Positions 23,301 through 58,329 of a stretch of 64,000 nucleotides of DNA are shown here, piece after piece. The notes beneath the pieces were generated by a model, which had not been told where the DNA came from, did no database searches, and was given only the letters and a program-made list of their open reading frames with translations. The stretch's first letter is position 1. Each line of letters opens with the position of its first letter. A program made the translations under genes and the position numbers. Source of the DNA: Bugula neritina (taxonomy: Eukaryota; Animalia; Bryozoa). The DNA lies in contig OZ037767.1 of NCBI GenBank assembly GCA_964035545.1, forward strand, positions 7,208,707 to 7,272,706, read 5' to 3'.

Positions 23301-26300
23301 TTATTTTTATATCCATTAATCTATTAACTCCCTGTGCTTTTACTCACTACTTGAAAGTATTTGGGGCACAACTAAGCGTCAGTCATCTTTAAAGCGAAAT
23401 TGTTATAAAAACAAACAAAAGTCTGTCATCTCACAAATTTCCTTAGTTCTACCGTAAAATGTTTGAACCAATATGAAGCTTCTAGTTTACATCTTTACTT
23501 GATATATTTTGGTGTTTTTAGAGTTTTGATCTTTAAATTTATATAGATATAAGTATTTTTTGTAACAGTCCATTCACTCTTCTATTCAGTTCACATTGCA
23601 TAATAGTTCGGTTTCAGTTTCCAGTTTATATACTATTTTTTTTGGTATACAATCACTTTTTGTGCTCACTACGAGTTTAATCCAAGATGTTTGATGACTA
23701 AATGGATTATGATTATGTCCACCATAAATTTTACATTGAATAACTTTGCCCACCCATTTCACAATAAATCAGGTGATTTTTTTTGAAAAAATGATAATCT
23801 CATACATAACTACCTAACAACTTTTTATATGAGCTATAAGGTATGTATCAGTGTAATTATATAATATTGATAATGGACCGCTTTTTATTATTATATTGCT
23901 AGGATTTTAGTATTTAATTATTATTTATGTTGAATCTAATGTTGTAATATGGATTGCATAAGTATGCATAATTCACCTATTTTTTTGAACATGTAAATTT
24001 TAAACACTTTTAAAAGTTTTAATTGTGTTTCACACAACTTAAAGCAGTTTTTAATCATACCCTAGCACCAACATCCAAAGTGCAAGTGTACTAAATGCTC
24101 TCGCATATTACAGCTACTATGGCTAGAGGGTGGACCCTGCAAGAGTGAGACAACTCTGTCATGATGTTGAATTCAATGGCTAAAGCTAATTTGTTCTGAA
24201 TAATGAAATACTTCAGATTCCCATAACATTTATATTCTTTATAATTAGGTTGTTTACTTCCTATTATTACTTCTTCACATTATTCAAGTTGGTAGTCAGT
24301 TTAAACTTTTATCACCAAGTAGTTTAAACTCAGAATTCTCTATGAAGCAAAGAAACTTTATTAACTTAGTTTAACATTATTTCACCAGCACCACAAATCC
24401 TATTATTTTCATACCTTCTGATGTAACAATCAGCAGTGACTTGTTTTGCAGGCGAAGTACACAACGAAAACGTACATTAAATTCTGTGATACTGAAGGAA
24501 GGGGTGGCAGAGAAAATATTAGCGGATGTGAAAGAATTCATTGGAAATCCCCAGTACTATCATGACAGAGGAATTCCATACAGAAGAGGTTATCTCCTCC
24601 ACGGACCACCAGGATGTGGGAAAACTAGTTTCATCACTGCTCTAGCTGGTAAACTAGCTTAATATCCTATGAAGTTGAATATTTTTATATACAGAGGCTA
24701 CGATATACACACACTAATGAAAGAAACACTCGAGAATATAACACTCACAACTCACAACATGAAATGTATATAATGTGAAGCATAAATATAAAGTATTTGC
24801 TTGTAAAGAGGAATACAGAAAAATCTATTTGGGATAAATTCTAGTTTAAGAAATTTTCTAACCCAGCAAAAATCTAAAGAGTTTTCAAACCCAAATTTCA
24901 TGCCAAGGAAATTTCAGGCATCTGTTAGGCAAGCAGCTATTCGTTGAGCGAGTGTTTTATTTTTAAATAATTTCAGCACCCTATTTTTATGTTCAGCTTT
25001 TTACTGCCATTTTCAAAATTACTAAAATCCTGCCCTCATTTGCAAGCAAATAAAATACATGGTGCAATCTGTGTATTGCTTGATATCTTTAGGTTATTGT
25101 AGAATAGTTTGTTAAAACTTGCACAAATGTATATCCCCGTTAGGTTTGTCAGCTGTCTATAGGTCATGGCCCTCAAAAGTTAAGCAAGCATTCATCAAAT
25201 CATTGTATTCGCAGAAAAATAATGTAATAAACGGAGTGAACATGCTGTCAAAGGGAGAAAGCCAAAAAGTCTACTGAAATTTTATGTTTCTACAGAGCTT
25301 ATGATCTCCAATACTCCTTTGCTGAAATTTTTTTGCCAATAAGCTGTCTTTTTGTCTGACATTCTACCATCTAGATTGATGTTGACATTTGTGCAAAATA
25401 TTCCCACAGAACAAAAGCTTCACTGATTCTATTTTTAACTGTTTGAGATTTAAATGCATTTAGTGTGCAGGTATAATTCTAATGGATAGATTTCTTTGTA
25501 AGGTTTCTTGCAGGTTGATAACACCAATGTATTATTATACATTGAGTTTTTATAGCAATATGTAGATACAGCCTTGAAACATGTATAACAAATTATTATA
25601 ATGGTACAAGAAAACTAAATACGACAGAACAATAGCAGTTGTGGTACACTTTACCATATTTATGTAGATAAATAGTAACTGATTTCTGTATTTAAATAAT
25701 GTTGATACATTCCCACTCACGACCACAAAAACTTTGTAGAGTAGTCAATAACGCCAGCGCAGTCACTACATGACTTGGAACTTAGGCAACGAGTTGGTAA
25801 AGTGTCTACACTTGACTCTAATTATAAATACTTGCAGCTAAAACTGTGAGTCATAACTCAACATAACACCTGCTAATAAGTGATTTAATAAATAATCTTT
25901 AAACACATGTTTTAGCTTGTAATAACCCTCTGGGTTTACCGTGGGAAGCAGGTAGCACCTCCTTGCCATGTTCTAATCAGTATTGGCTAGTGGTTTTTTA
26001 AACAGAAATATTTTTGTTTCTTTAAAAAACATGACTTAAGTCATTCTGAGATTACAATAAAATGTTTTGCTAATCCTTTAATTATAAGAAATTATGTCTA
26101 CGGTGTGACAAAACATTACTAATCATAATGAAACTGGCTATAGCAAGTTTTTAAATGGAGCAATCTAATGCTGGATGTACTAACCCAGCCATTATTACTA
26201 TTTAATAGAAAGAAAGAATAAGGGGTTCATCATGAAGCTTAGTTTGTGTTTAAAACATTCTGTTGTACCGTAGTTTGTGTTTATTTATACTTACATGTAT

Positions 26301-29300
26301 ATTATGATCTAAAACAAATCTTTTTTTTAATAATATAATCAACTCCAGTAATCAGCATTTATACATATTTTTTAGCAAATAGGTTTCACTTGCGTTATCT
26401 AATTCTACAACATCTGATAGGCTAGAAAGAGAAAACCTTCTATAACTTGCTCTCCTACAAAATGAACTTGTTCCATATGCTATATGTTATATTATATGAA
26501 GTTGCCTTCCCCTGGTGATATTGAGCACTGTGCAGATTTCCTTGTACATAGTAAAAATTTTCTGGTCGTGTAGAGGATACGGAACAGAGTGCTATCTCAT
26601 GATTGCTAACAATCTGTGAATGATATAAATTACAGACTTTTTTAACTAGACTACACATTGTTTACCTGCCTACAGGTGAACTAGACTACAGCATATCCAC
26701 ACTGAATCTCAAAGACTCTGGTATGAGTGACTCCAGGCTGAACTACATGCTGGCACACGCAGAACCTCAGAGCATTATTCTTCTGGAAGACATAGACGCT
26801 GCTGTCAGCAGTAAAGATGGAGGTGAGATGTTGTAGTATAATACTGTAATAGTGCAATATAGCAATACGATACTTTAATATGGTGATAGGATCCTTTAAT
26901 ATAGTAGTATAATACTGTAATATAGTAATATGATATTGTAATATAGTAGTACAATACTGTAATATAGTAATACAATATTGTAATATAGTAATACAATATT
27001 GAAGCATGGTAATACGATAGTGAAATGCAAGAGTGTAATATAATAAAGTAATACAATACATGTAGTGTAATATGATAGTATTATATGATGCTGTGTAAAA
27101 CTATAGTAGCACAGTAGTGATTGCTGTGATACCATTTATTAGAGAAAAATTGGACCCAGGCAAACAAGAGGCTTACTTAGCATGGGTTCTCACCATGTTT
27201 GACCCCTCTTAAGGTCGGGGTGTTAAAAAGGCAAATCATCACCATGAATTTCTGTGTATTAGCCAATGAGCTGGTGCCACACTAGCAGTACAATTGAGCA
27301 ACCTGCTCTATGGTGGATAGTTTTTTCAGGAATAGTTTTGCTGCTAGATGATTATTATCACATATGAGTTTGTATAATACAACCTGTTTTGACTAATGTG
27401 CGTACAAAGTCAATAAAGAGATAACAACTCCCAAGTTGCTTTGAAATGATGTCATACTAGACATCTCCACTTCCTGTCATCAGATGCAGCCGGCCATATA
27501 ATCTGCTCCGTAGCAGCTGTTATTTGTCTGCGTGTCTGTGTAATGAAACATCCGCCCTAATTCAGCCCATCATCTCGCTATTCCAAGTGCTTCATCAGAT
27601 AATCTCGGCTTGCAACAGCCTCTTCAAGTGTTTTAAACATTTTTATGTCCCATGCTTGATGTACATGGATAGCAAATTCTTAATTTTAATGAGTTTATTA
27701 TAATTAATATGTTACCATTTGCCCTCACTGGCACAGATTATTCAGTCTTTGGTGTAATTTAAGGTGTAAACAAGTTTATGTCCCACCATTATGTCTGAGT
27801 GTATCGCAGGGAAGTAGGTAGCATAGCACTGGGATTAATAAGTTATGTTTAGTAACATTAGCTCATGTTGAATAGTCCTTGAAGTCAGTCTGTGCCTGTA
27901 AAACGAAGAAAATAACATGCCATGTGTGGGGTTTGAACCCTCACAGCCCCTGCCCTTTCGGCAATGTGGAGGGAGCCTTATCCTCTACACTACTTAGCTG
28001 ACCTTTGAAACTAAAGCTAAATAGTAAGCCTACTATGAGCTCACCTCACATTACAGAGGAGATTCCTCAGCATGACTCTGTAGGTACAGTAACACATCAC
28101 TCCACACTGTTGGAGTAAATGCAAGGAAATTCCAAACCTCTTTGATGACCTAATATAACTGATTATTATCTCGTGACGTACATGCTGCTTAAATTATATA
28201 AATGAATTGCATCACTTTTACAAAGATTAGCTAACCTCTTCCTTGGTGTTTCCGTTAACTAAAGTTTAGATTAAAACAATTATTTGTCTTTACAGAGATG
28301 AAGAGAGTAGATGGGTTGGGCAACGTGACCTTCAGTGGCCTCACCAATGCACTCGATGGGGTCGCGTCTTCTGAGGCTAGAATTCTCTTCATGACTACAA
28401 ACCATCTGCACAAGTGGGTATTCTGTAACTCTCTCTCTCTCTCTTTCAAAGCTATAGCTCTCTCTCTCCCCCTTTCTCTTTCCCCTTTCTCTCCCCTTTC
28501 TCTCTCCCCTTTCTCTCTCTCCCCTTTTTCTCACCCCTTTCTCTCTCCCCTTTCTCTTTACCCTTTCTCTCTCCCCTTTCTCTCCTTCCCCCTTTCTCTC
28601 TCCCCTTTCTCTCTCCCCTTTCTCTCTCCCCTTTCTCTCTCCCCTTTCTCTCTCCCCTTTCTCTCTCCCCTTTCTCTCTCTCCCCTTTTTCTCTCTCTCT
28701 CTTTTCTCTCCCCTTTCTCTCTCTCTTTTCTCTCTCTCCCCTTTTTCTCTCCCCTTTCTCTCTCCCCTTTCTCTCTCTCTTTTCTCTCTCTCCCCTTTTT
28801 CTCTCCCCTTTCTCTCTCCCCTTTCTCTCTCCCCTTTTTCTCTCCCCTTTCTCTCTCTCCCCTTTTTCTCTCCCCTTTTTCTCTCCCCTTTCTCTCTCTC
28901 CCCTTTTTCTCTCCCCTTTCTCTCTCTCCCCTTTCTCTCTCCCCTTTCTCTCTCCCCTTTCTCTCTCCCCTTTTTCTCTCCCCTTTCTCTCTCTCCCCTT
29001 TTTCTCTCCCCTTTCTCTCTCTCCCCTTTTTCTCACCCCCCCTCTCGCTCTGTTTCAACGCTGTATCTCTTTCTGTTTCAACGCCGTATCTCTCCTATGT
29101 TTTCCTCATTCATTTTGTTAACTTTTACCTTCAGGGACTTAATTTATTATACTTATTAGGTCTTAGGATATTAGTACAACCACCTAATATCTTATTAAAC
29201 CAACATAATAATACTCTGTAGTATATTTATTAAGTTTTTAATAATAACTTAACTTTTTAACAAGAAGATGAGCTTTTAATTTTTATGAATGAAATAGTTT

Positions 29301-30677
29301 TCACCATATTGTGTTCAAAGAGCTTGATGCTAATGTTGTTATGGCTAATGTAAACATGGAATAGAGAAGAAATATAGCTATTCATCCTTTCCACCGGATG
29401 TTCATCATTAGCTACAGTTTAGCAACTCAATGTACAAAGTATGCTCATTTATTATGTCTTGCCTACCACCATTTGACATTGGAATTTAATAATCTGTATC
29501 AACATTAGCCATACAAAATCCGTCTATAGCAAACTCAGTTTATGAATGAAAAACATTGGTTGCTCCGGAAGGTTCAACATGTTATCGATAACCCAATTGG
29601 CTGTCATCTGTAACGCCACTACCTGATTGGCCAATTCCTGTAACATAGAATATGATTGGAGCATTATCTCAAAGTCGTCTAGCTTTTTGTGTTCCATTGT
29701 CAGGTTGGACCCGACTTTGATCCGGCCAGGGCGAGTCGACTTCCAACAGGAAATAGGTCACTGCACAAACTGGCAGCTGCAGCAAATATTCTTGCGGTTT
29801 TATCCGGAAGAATCCTCTATAAAAGCTCAGCAATTTGCAGAAGAAATTGGCAAACTTCCAAACCTAGTGACTCCTGCTATGCTACAGAACCATTTCATGC
29901 ACCACAAGGTAACCTCTCGTTATCTAAACAGCGTTGCCAAAGTGTCTGTTTTCAAAAGATTTTATTATATAAAAAGCTACTTAGAAATACGGCATGAGTA
30001 ATGAATGTATCATAATATGTATATCAATATTTAGCAACTCTAATGTTTTATTATTTCATTCACATGATTTTCTATAAATGTGTTACTAATGATAAAAGTG
30101 GTAAATAAATCACCATAATCCTCTGGTTATTAGAATCATTTGTTACAGAATTGGACAAGATCAAACAGAATCTGATAAATTGCATATTTATTAGGTTTTT
30201 AATGGAGTTGGTGTATTCTTAGTGGGTATCAGGTGTTTATGAAACACATTGCACTATAAGGTGTAATAATCTGGAGCAGGTATATGTGTGTTTCCTCCTT
30301 TAGTTGGTGACTTCATCTTTTAGCCATCTACGCAGTACCGTACTCACAGAACACATGTACTTGTATCACACAACTCACATTCATGTTATTTTGTTGCATT
30401 GCCACTCAATTAAATTTCTTTTCAAATTTATTATGTGTCCTTGAAAATGATAACTATGATCATGTTATGTATATTGTACATATTGAACATGTTTGGTTTT
30501 ATCTTTTAGAAAGTTCTTGAAAATAGTGCATTTGTATAACGTTTAGAATATATAGTACTATTAAATAGCCTTATAGTTGAACCTGTTTAATCTCAATATT
30601 CTCTCTCTGTGTAGAGCAATGCTGACGCTGCCTTGAAGAGTCTCGAGCAGCTGCTAGTCTCCAGAGATGAGAAGTGA
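20322..30677 (+). CDS. BCS1L: Mitochondrial chaperone BCS1 (AAA ATPase, complex III Rieske assembly)
   Basis: Exons 20322-20423, 20883-21103, 21320-21378, 21888-22041, 24452-24648, 26676-26822, 28296-28413, 29704-29908, 30615-30677 give 1266 nt, 421 aa. Diagnostic motifs: [46 protein letters not shown] (Walker A), [10 protein letters not shown] (Walker B), [39 protein letters not shown]. Confidence 0.96.
21555..21870 (-). mobile_element. Two degenerate tRNA-like (SINE-head) segments in a BCS1 intron
   Basis: Minus strand GTAGCCCCTGTGGTATAATGG...GGGTTGGAATCCC (about 21560-21630) and GTAGCCCCTGTGGTGTAATGG...TGTTCGAATGCC (about 21780-21850). A- and B-box-like motifs are present but no intact cloverleaf. 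Confidence 0.55.
26835..27110. repeat. Degenerate (TAATA/TAGTA)n simple repeat
   Basis: Low-complexity AT-rich pentamer array after BCS1 exon 6. Confidence 0.8.
27925..28005 (-). mobile_element. Degenerate tRNA-like SINE head
   Basis: Minus strand GGTCAGCTAAGTAGTGTAGAGG...GGGTTCAAACCCC (A-box-like and B-box). Confidence 0.4.
28430..29045. repeat. About 600-bp polypyrimidine/polypurine (CT/CCCCTTT) tract
   Basis: Almost purely C/T on the + strand, directly after BCS1 exon 7. Confidence 0.95.
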
Positions 30678-32849
30678 TGATGTCATACAACAGACTAAAA
30701 TGTGGACGCACATACTGAGCCAGTTTTAGTTTAGGTGTTGGACGTGTAACATGGACGTTCGTAATCTCTGCCAGTGACGTCAAATCGTCTCATGTTTTAC
30801 AAATTAAGTGAGATTAGATAAGTTTTTGCATTTCTACCAAAGCTTGGAGGCTTCTTTTTATAGAAATGCCAAAGTTACCATGCCATGTTTGCTTTTCCTG
30901 TGCCAAATTCCAACTGACTAATTCAGACTCTGTGAAACTGCTGCTTTATAACTGACGTTACCTGATAATCGAGTAATTATTAATTTATTATATTTTCTCT
31001 CCTGTTTTGTGAATAAAAATAAAGCAGAATCATGATACATAGGAGAATATTGAATTGAAATTCGGTAAGCAGTAAATATATTTGAATTATGCAGCGTTAT
31101 ACGATCAGGGAAAGATTGTCCTACAGTAATGCGTCTCCCCACCTCAAACAACTTATTGGTTTACAGAAGTACTTTATTTAAAAAGCAGCAGTCTAAAATT
31201 GTCTCATTGCATTTCCTCTAATATGGTTATTTTTTTATAAAACTTGAATTCAAAATAATTTAAAGTTATACTAGTAGCACACGTTAGTTTGCTAGATTAA
31301 TTATTAGTAGTAGCCTTGTGATGCGAGTTTATTCCTAAATAATCTCAGATTATATGAAGCATATCCTTAATAAGATAACCTGACTGCCACTGTTTGTTCT
31401 GTACACAAACGTACCAGAAATATATCAAACTATTTTATGTATTATATTACTTACACAAGTAACATCACTGTTCATAATATATTCACGACTTTAAACCATG
31501 CTGTATGTATGTTGAGGGGTAAGTGCAATAGGGATAACTAAACCTAGATATTCGATGTATGTGGAGGGTTGACATCTGGTTTTCATGAATCTCCCGCTGA
31601 TTGGACAACTTATGCTACAACTGCATTAAAATCTCTCTTTTTCAGACCCATCAGTTATTATGTTAATGGTAAATGTAGTCCTCTGTTTTAGTAAAGATTT
31701 TATAATTTTATTTTGAAAATGATAGCCGGCCGCATATCTTGAGACGCCCTCCTCCAACCATTTGCTGCTCTCCCCATCGAGAGAGCTTTTGGGGACATCC
31801 TGGTTCTTCTCGTGAAGTTCCTCCTGGCAGCCGTTAGACCCACCACAGTCACTTATGCCAAAATACTTGAGTTTTTTTACAAAATATACATTACGAGTTG
31901 ACCTTGAAAGGGTGCGGTGAGACTATGTTTTTCACCAGTTGGTTGATTTGTGAATATGCCCACATCTGTGGTGTGAAAATGGTGTATCTATGACTTTATA
32001 TTATGAGCACTGAGATGCTATTGTATGTACTAGGTATTCACAGATATACTTACTATTCTATACTTGCTATTCTAAAGTTGAGTTTTCATTGATGAGGTCA
32101 ACTTTTATCAAATTCAGACTAGAGACATTGCCAGCAGCTGTGCCTCCTGTTTCCTCCTCCTCGGTGTCTGGGTTCTGATGTAAGAATCGTGTCCTTGACA
32201 CCAGGAAGTCATAGCCTGAGAGTTGTTTGCACTATACTTCAGTTCTCTGTCCTTGGGACTACCACCCACACAGACTATCAACCAACTGTACAAGGATGTT
32301 CGTGTTATGACATAATAATGTACAACTGCTTGCGGTTGCAGGGCTGAAAGGGAACACACAGGTACCTTCTGAATGGTGCAGGTCAGCACTGAACACTACT
32401 ACAGCGTGATGCCTCATGCAGAAAGTATAATATATGTGTGAAAAAGTGCTGATCGTCACTACTCTTATAATACATATTTTATTTAGGAAGAATCTGCCTG
32501 TGTAAAACAATTATATAATAAACTGTATGTTAAAATCAGATGCAGATAAACCTTGTTGATTGTTGCCTTCTCTGCAGAAAGTGGCAGATTCACTTTTGAC
32601 TTTGCCAAAATTATGGGGCTTCTTTAGCCTAGTCTAATAATTATTTATATAACTCAATATTTATATACATAACCTAAATATATAACTTCAGTGGGTATGT
32701 GGAAAATTCACACCTGGATCCTCATGAGAATGTAACAACACCTCTATTGATAACAACATGATACAGTAAAAGTGTCCAACACTATTTTTAGTCTCCAGAC
32801 TTTACCAAATCAATGCCTACAAATGCCCTGGTGTAAACATGTTGTATTC

Positions 32850-33350
32850 TATAATACTGTATTCTATACTATAATACTGTATACTGTACTATATTACTGC
32901 AAATTGTACAATATTACTGTATATTGTATTATATTACTGTATATTGTACTATATTACTGTATATTGTACTGTACTTTAATACTGTATCGCATACTGCACT
33001 AAGATATTTCTATATAGTATAATATACTCTAATATGGTATACTATATTACTACACTCTATATTATATTGTGGAGTAATATAGTATACCGTACCACATAGG
33101 CATTATAGAATAAATCTTTGTATAACATAGTATAATGTTGTATAAGTAGTATACTATATTATATACGGTTATACTCTATATGTAAATATAGTACACTATA
33201 TGAGCAGCATATATCTATATTATTATACTATATTATAGTATAGTACAGTACATTATAATGTTGTACATTATATAATACTGTGTAGTATTGTAAACTACTG
33301 CCCTCTATAATACTATATATACAGTGTAATATACTGTGCAGTATTATACT
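32850..33350. repeat. Degenerate (TACTG/TATTA)n simple repeats
   Basis: AT-rich pentamer arrays in the intergenic region. Confidence 0.7.
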
Positions 33351-35574
33351 ACACTGATGTCTATTAGCTATGAGTAATATTTGGTTTGCAATATTCAGTT
33401 TCTTATTCACATAGCATATGCCTTCACAACATGAGTAGTGATCATAGTTGGAAAAGGTTGTAAGAGATACAAATAATCAAGCAAACCTGCAAAATTGCAA
33501 TGACCTAAACTAAAAAAAGTGTACACACAGTTATGCATAGTAACTCATATAAATTACAATATTGTTTTACTAACCTAGCTGCCCTAAGATATACCTAATA
33601 AATCAGTCATTCTCTTAAAGTAGTCCTGATGGAGATCAGATTTGGTTTGTTTTAGTTGAAATTTAAGTACAATGTTTTTGGAAAGGGGGAAAGCTAGTCA
33701 CTGTGTGGGGAAATTGTTTTGGGAGCAGTAAAGTAACCTATTGCTGCATCATTATAGGCGATAAATAGCATGTTATTTGTGTATGTAATTTATATAGAGT
33801 AAAAATAAACACAAAACTGAGCCTCAAATACTTTTTCTCAAGGATGACAGTATTTTCCTTAAACTAGTATTCATAAAAAAATTCCTAAAATTGTCAGATG
33901 TACCTCTTCCAAATTAACACCCAATTTTTTCTAAGTAGTAGTAGCTAAATATAGCACACCTGCTTCAAAATAACATGTCATTTGCTTATAACTTCAGGAA
34001 CAGGACTAGAAAAAGCTAACTCTTTGAGCAGTTTCAGAAAGGAAACTCTCAACTAACTGAGATATATGGTTGATTAATTGTGACAGAAAAGTTCAAAAAT
34101 GAGTTTTACCTTTTAAAATCTATCAGCTTTACTTGAACAAAAATAAAAGTATATGATTTGCAGTGTCATGATTCTTTGATTGAAATAGACCATAAAAGCA
34201 TATAAGCCATAGTCATAATCATTTATGAGAAAATGCTATGCCTGTAGTAGAGTTTTAATGCCAAGGTCAAACTGGTATACATAGTCACAGTATGTAGGCA
34301 CTGCTAATGCAGCTCTATAAGCAGCCTGCTAGAGAAAAGTACAGCATATCTGATTGCTCTAATATATTCCTATATGCTTAAAGAAATTTGAGGAGGCAAA
34401 CTTGATTTTCAGCCAAAGCAAGGCTTTCAATTTCAAGGAGGATCTCAATTACCAAAAAAGTGCTCTTTTTAATAAGTTTTAATTAGAAACTAATTGGGTG
34501 ATATTGGCAGTGTTCCAACAAGCATTCAGTACAATTAATCACCACATGGCACAGTAAAACTATTATGGTGAACAATTTATGTAATATATTATAGCTTTTC
34601 TTTTCAAGGTTATTCTGAAATGTCTATAGTTGTTAGTCTGTGCAGTACGAACTTAACAATGTTTCAGATATAAGTTCTAAAACTTGAGGTATGTCAAGCT
34701 TCTGCAATATAAGTGACTTATTAGTTAAAGGTTGCAGCTGTACCAACATTAAGATAAGCAACTTGGTTTAGCTCTCTAAAATACTATTATTCCTTTAGCT
34801 AATGTTGTTTTTACTTGCCTATAATTATTATATTGTAGTAAGTAAGGCAAGAATTAACCATTTAGACAAGCAATTGAAAGCTTGCTAAAAATCTCCAGAC
34901 AACAATTCTGTACAACATTCCTGGCTTGACTTTAAGAAACTTTCTGAAAAAAATTTGCTTTAATTTAATAGTTTGTAAAAAACAAAGCTATCAAGTATAC
35001 TTTGAATATTAAAAAATATAAACTTTTTGAAAACCGTCTGCTTAAGCTGTGATTCTCTGGAAATTTGCTGGCTTAGCGGGAATAAAAATAGTTTCAATAA
35101 TTAAAACTCCAAAAATTAATGATGTAAGAAGACATAATAAACAAGCAAATATTATTATAATGCTACTACATTTTAAAACAAATATTTTAGTTCAAATGAA
35201 GAAATTCATCATCTAATGTTATCATCTATATAAGGCTACTCTATATAAGAAGCACTAGTATCCGCTGATAAATAAATTACTCTTTTATATATTACAAAAA
35301 TAAACATCTTTAACAGACAAATATGGCCAATGTAAAAATTAATGCTTGGTTAATGATATTACATTAGACTGACTTTTAGCAAATCATTTCTCAGCTGTGT
35401 ATAATGGCAGTTTAGATATTGAAATTCCTTTTTAGTCTAGCTTGGCTTGATGGTGCAGTGCATAAGAAGTATGATTGCTAGACATTTATTATGTAATTAT
35501 TGAATAAATGCATTAACTTTTCTTAAAATATAAAACCTCACTGAAGTCAAATTGTTTTCAAGCTGTTAGATAGA

Positions 35575-35790
35575 ATTAGCCTTGTGCTGAGAGCACTAGA
35601 CTAGTAGGCACTAGGTTCTGGGTCTAAATTTTAGTAGGGTCTTGGTGATGTCAGAAAAGGCATTAAGTCAGAATTTCTCTTTTCAAAGTCCTCACACCAT
35701 GCCGCCTGCAAGACGAGAAATACAGTTCTTAGCTTGCTTAACAAGACCATTAGGAGTTCTCACGAGGGGGGAGGGGGGTGAAAACCTTAA
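35575..35790 (+). mobile_element. Diverged copy related to the SINE family, + orientation
   Basis: TGGTGATGTCAGAAAAGGCATTAAGTC and TTCTCACGAGGG...GTGA match the reverse complement of the core and tail of the 1346/9044/52208 copies (TGGTGATGTTAGGAAGAGCATCCAGTC; TTCTCACAGGGATGGTGA). Confidence 0.55.
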
Positions 35791-36480
35791 ACAGATATAG
35801 ACTTGTCTCTTCCATGCTTGATTGGGACAAAGCAAGCTTGTATTTGGAGTCTGAAAGCTTGGGATATAATTTTTCCCCCAAGTTATTTATTTTTCATGCT
35901 TTACCATCGAAGCACTGCATATTCACTACACATTTGCAATGTTGAAAGGCAAGGTACTGTAATATTAGGGCTGAAAGTTTACTGGGATATGCACAAGATA
36001 CTTCTTTTATTCTGATTTTTAACTATTTAGTCTACTATGTAAGGTTGTTTGTCTCTAAACTGAAGTTGTTTTTATTCAAATACTGCAACTATCATCTCAT
36101 ATGATCTAATGGCTATAATGCTGTTAAATGTTTATATTATAAGCTTTATAATACCATTTCAGCTAATCTTTACTCCATTTATGATGTTATTCATTCATAG
36201 ACATTACTTTACATCGCAGCCCTTGATCCATAGAGTGTGTATTCCTAGTATGCGGTGTCTTGGCTTACCATCCTAATCTTTATTAGGCTCTCAATCATTA
36301 TAATTAGTTAGCCGTGTGTTCAAGCGTCCAGTGAGGTGAGGAAATGCCACTGCTATGAAACTATCTTCATGCTAACACACTTCATTTGGAGTTGACATTT
36401 GAAGTCAGTCAGCTGTGCCACCACATGGCTTTCTCTTCTTCTTATCTTGTATTTTTAAAGTTCTAAACGTTTGCTCTAAA

Positions 36481-57055
<20,575 letters not shown>

Positions 57056-57891
57056 AGAGAGATAGGAGACAATTTAGACAAACTAATTTAAAACTGTAAC
57101 TGGAGTTGTTCAGTTTTAAACAGTGTATTATATGCCATATATTCTAACCACAAATGTAATAGAAATTGTTTTACATATTTTTGGGAGTACTTTACAATAT
57201 ATATTTAATGCTCAACTAATTTATTTTTAAGACTCTGACTATCATTTTAATAGTGCTAGGTATGTATGTTATATTGCTAAAAGTAACATGTGCTCATATT
57301 TTTAAGCATTTTTTACTGTTTTGTTCAAATCGTCTGAATAGTTTTTAAAAACTTTTTAGCAAAGCCATGAAGAAAATTAAATATTTTACAAAACCAAATT
57401 TTCTGACTAACATATGAGTATTTTAACAACTTATCTATAACTATAGGTTCCGGTATGGTTTTTGGCTAAAACTATTTTTATTAGTTTAGATTGCATTCAT
57501 AATGTTAACTAGTGCAATTTGGTGTAATGTACATAAATATATGACTATTTTCAAGTATCTATATATAATGTTAACAACTATAAACATTAGAAAATTCAAT
57601 AAAGTAAAAATTACATGCTATTCATTGACATTATGTGTGCTGCAAGCAACAAGAAACAAACTCAGATGGCCTGAGATTCGGGTGAAAGCTTCTTAATTAG
57701 TAGAATTCAGAAAAAAGAACTATCATTCTATTTTAAAAGCTGAAACCTGTACTTTTATACTTCACATTTTATATTTATATTCTTAGCTTGATATTTGAGA
57801 TCATAGTTGATTTCCAGTACTTCTGGCCAAATATTTTAGCACAATAGTTCTATGTTATAATTGATTTCAAGCTACAGAGACTACTGATAAT

Positions 57892-58329
57892 TCAGTCATC
57901 ATTAGATCTCTGTGTAGCATCACCAGATGTGCGAGCAGCTGGTTTTGGGTATGACATCATTTCCGATGTGACCTGTTCCCAAGAATCGCTGCTTCCAATA
58001 GAACTGCGAGAGTCGGTACGCCCGAACCTCCTACTGCCTCTATATTCACTGTAAACATTGTCTAATGCTTCGTGAGAGTTATGGTTCCTTGGCATTGGAG
58101 TTATCCTGTCATCAGAATATACAGATTGACCATCTTCTCTTTGACTTTCTGTACACGAAGACTGGTAGTCATCTCTTTCCTCGTCAGATTGCACAGACCT
58201 CTCATCTACTCTCTGTTCTGGAACATCTTCCTCTCCACTCTCACTCTCAGTAGTACTCGGACTGGATTCATACCTCCTCATTGTAGTGTCGATGAACTCC
58301 GGGTCAGCAAATGAACTGGCATCCAACAC
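57892..58329 (-). CDS. Terminal coding exon of an unidentified host gene (acidic, Ser-rich, probably disordered C-terminus)
   Basis: A 145-codon open frame begins right after a minus-strand acceptor (TTTCTAG|GTG at 58330/58329) and ends in TGA. Composition is host-like. Upstream exons must lie beyond the Polinton insertion. Confidence 0.7.
   Translation of the reverse strand: MLDASSFADPEFIDTTMRRYESSPSTTESESGEEDVPEQRVDERSVQSDEERDDYQSSCTESQREDGQSVYSDDRITPMPRNHNSHEALDNVYSEYRGSRRFGRTDSRSSIGSSDSWEQVTSEMMSYPKPAARTSGDATQRSNDD

Noticed and set aside
28280-29221. Long ORFs (SLSPF- or ERGERK-rich, 166-307 aa)
   Set aside because: These are translations of the CT tract. Only 28296-28413 is a real BCS1 exon.
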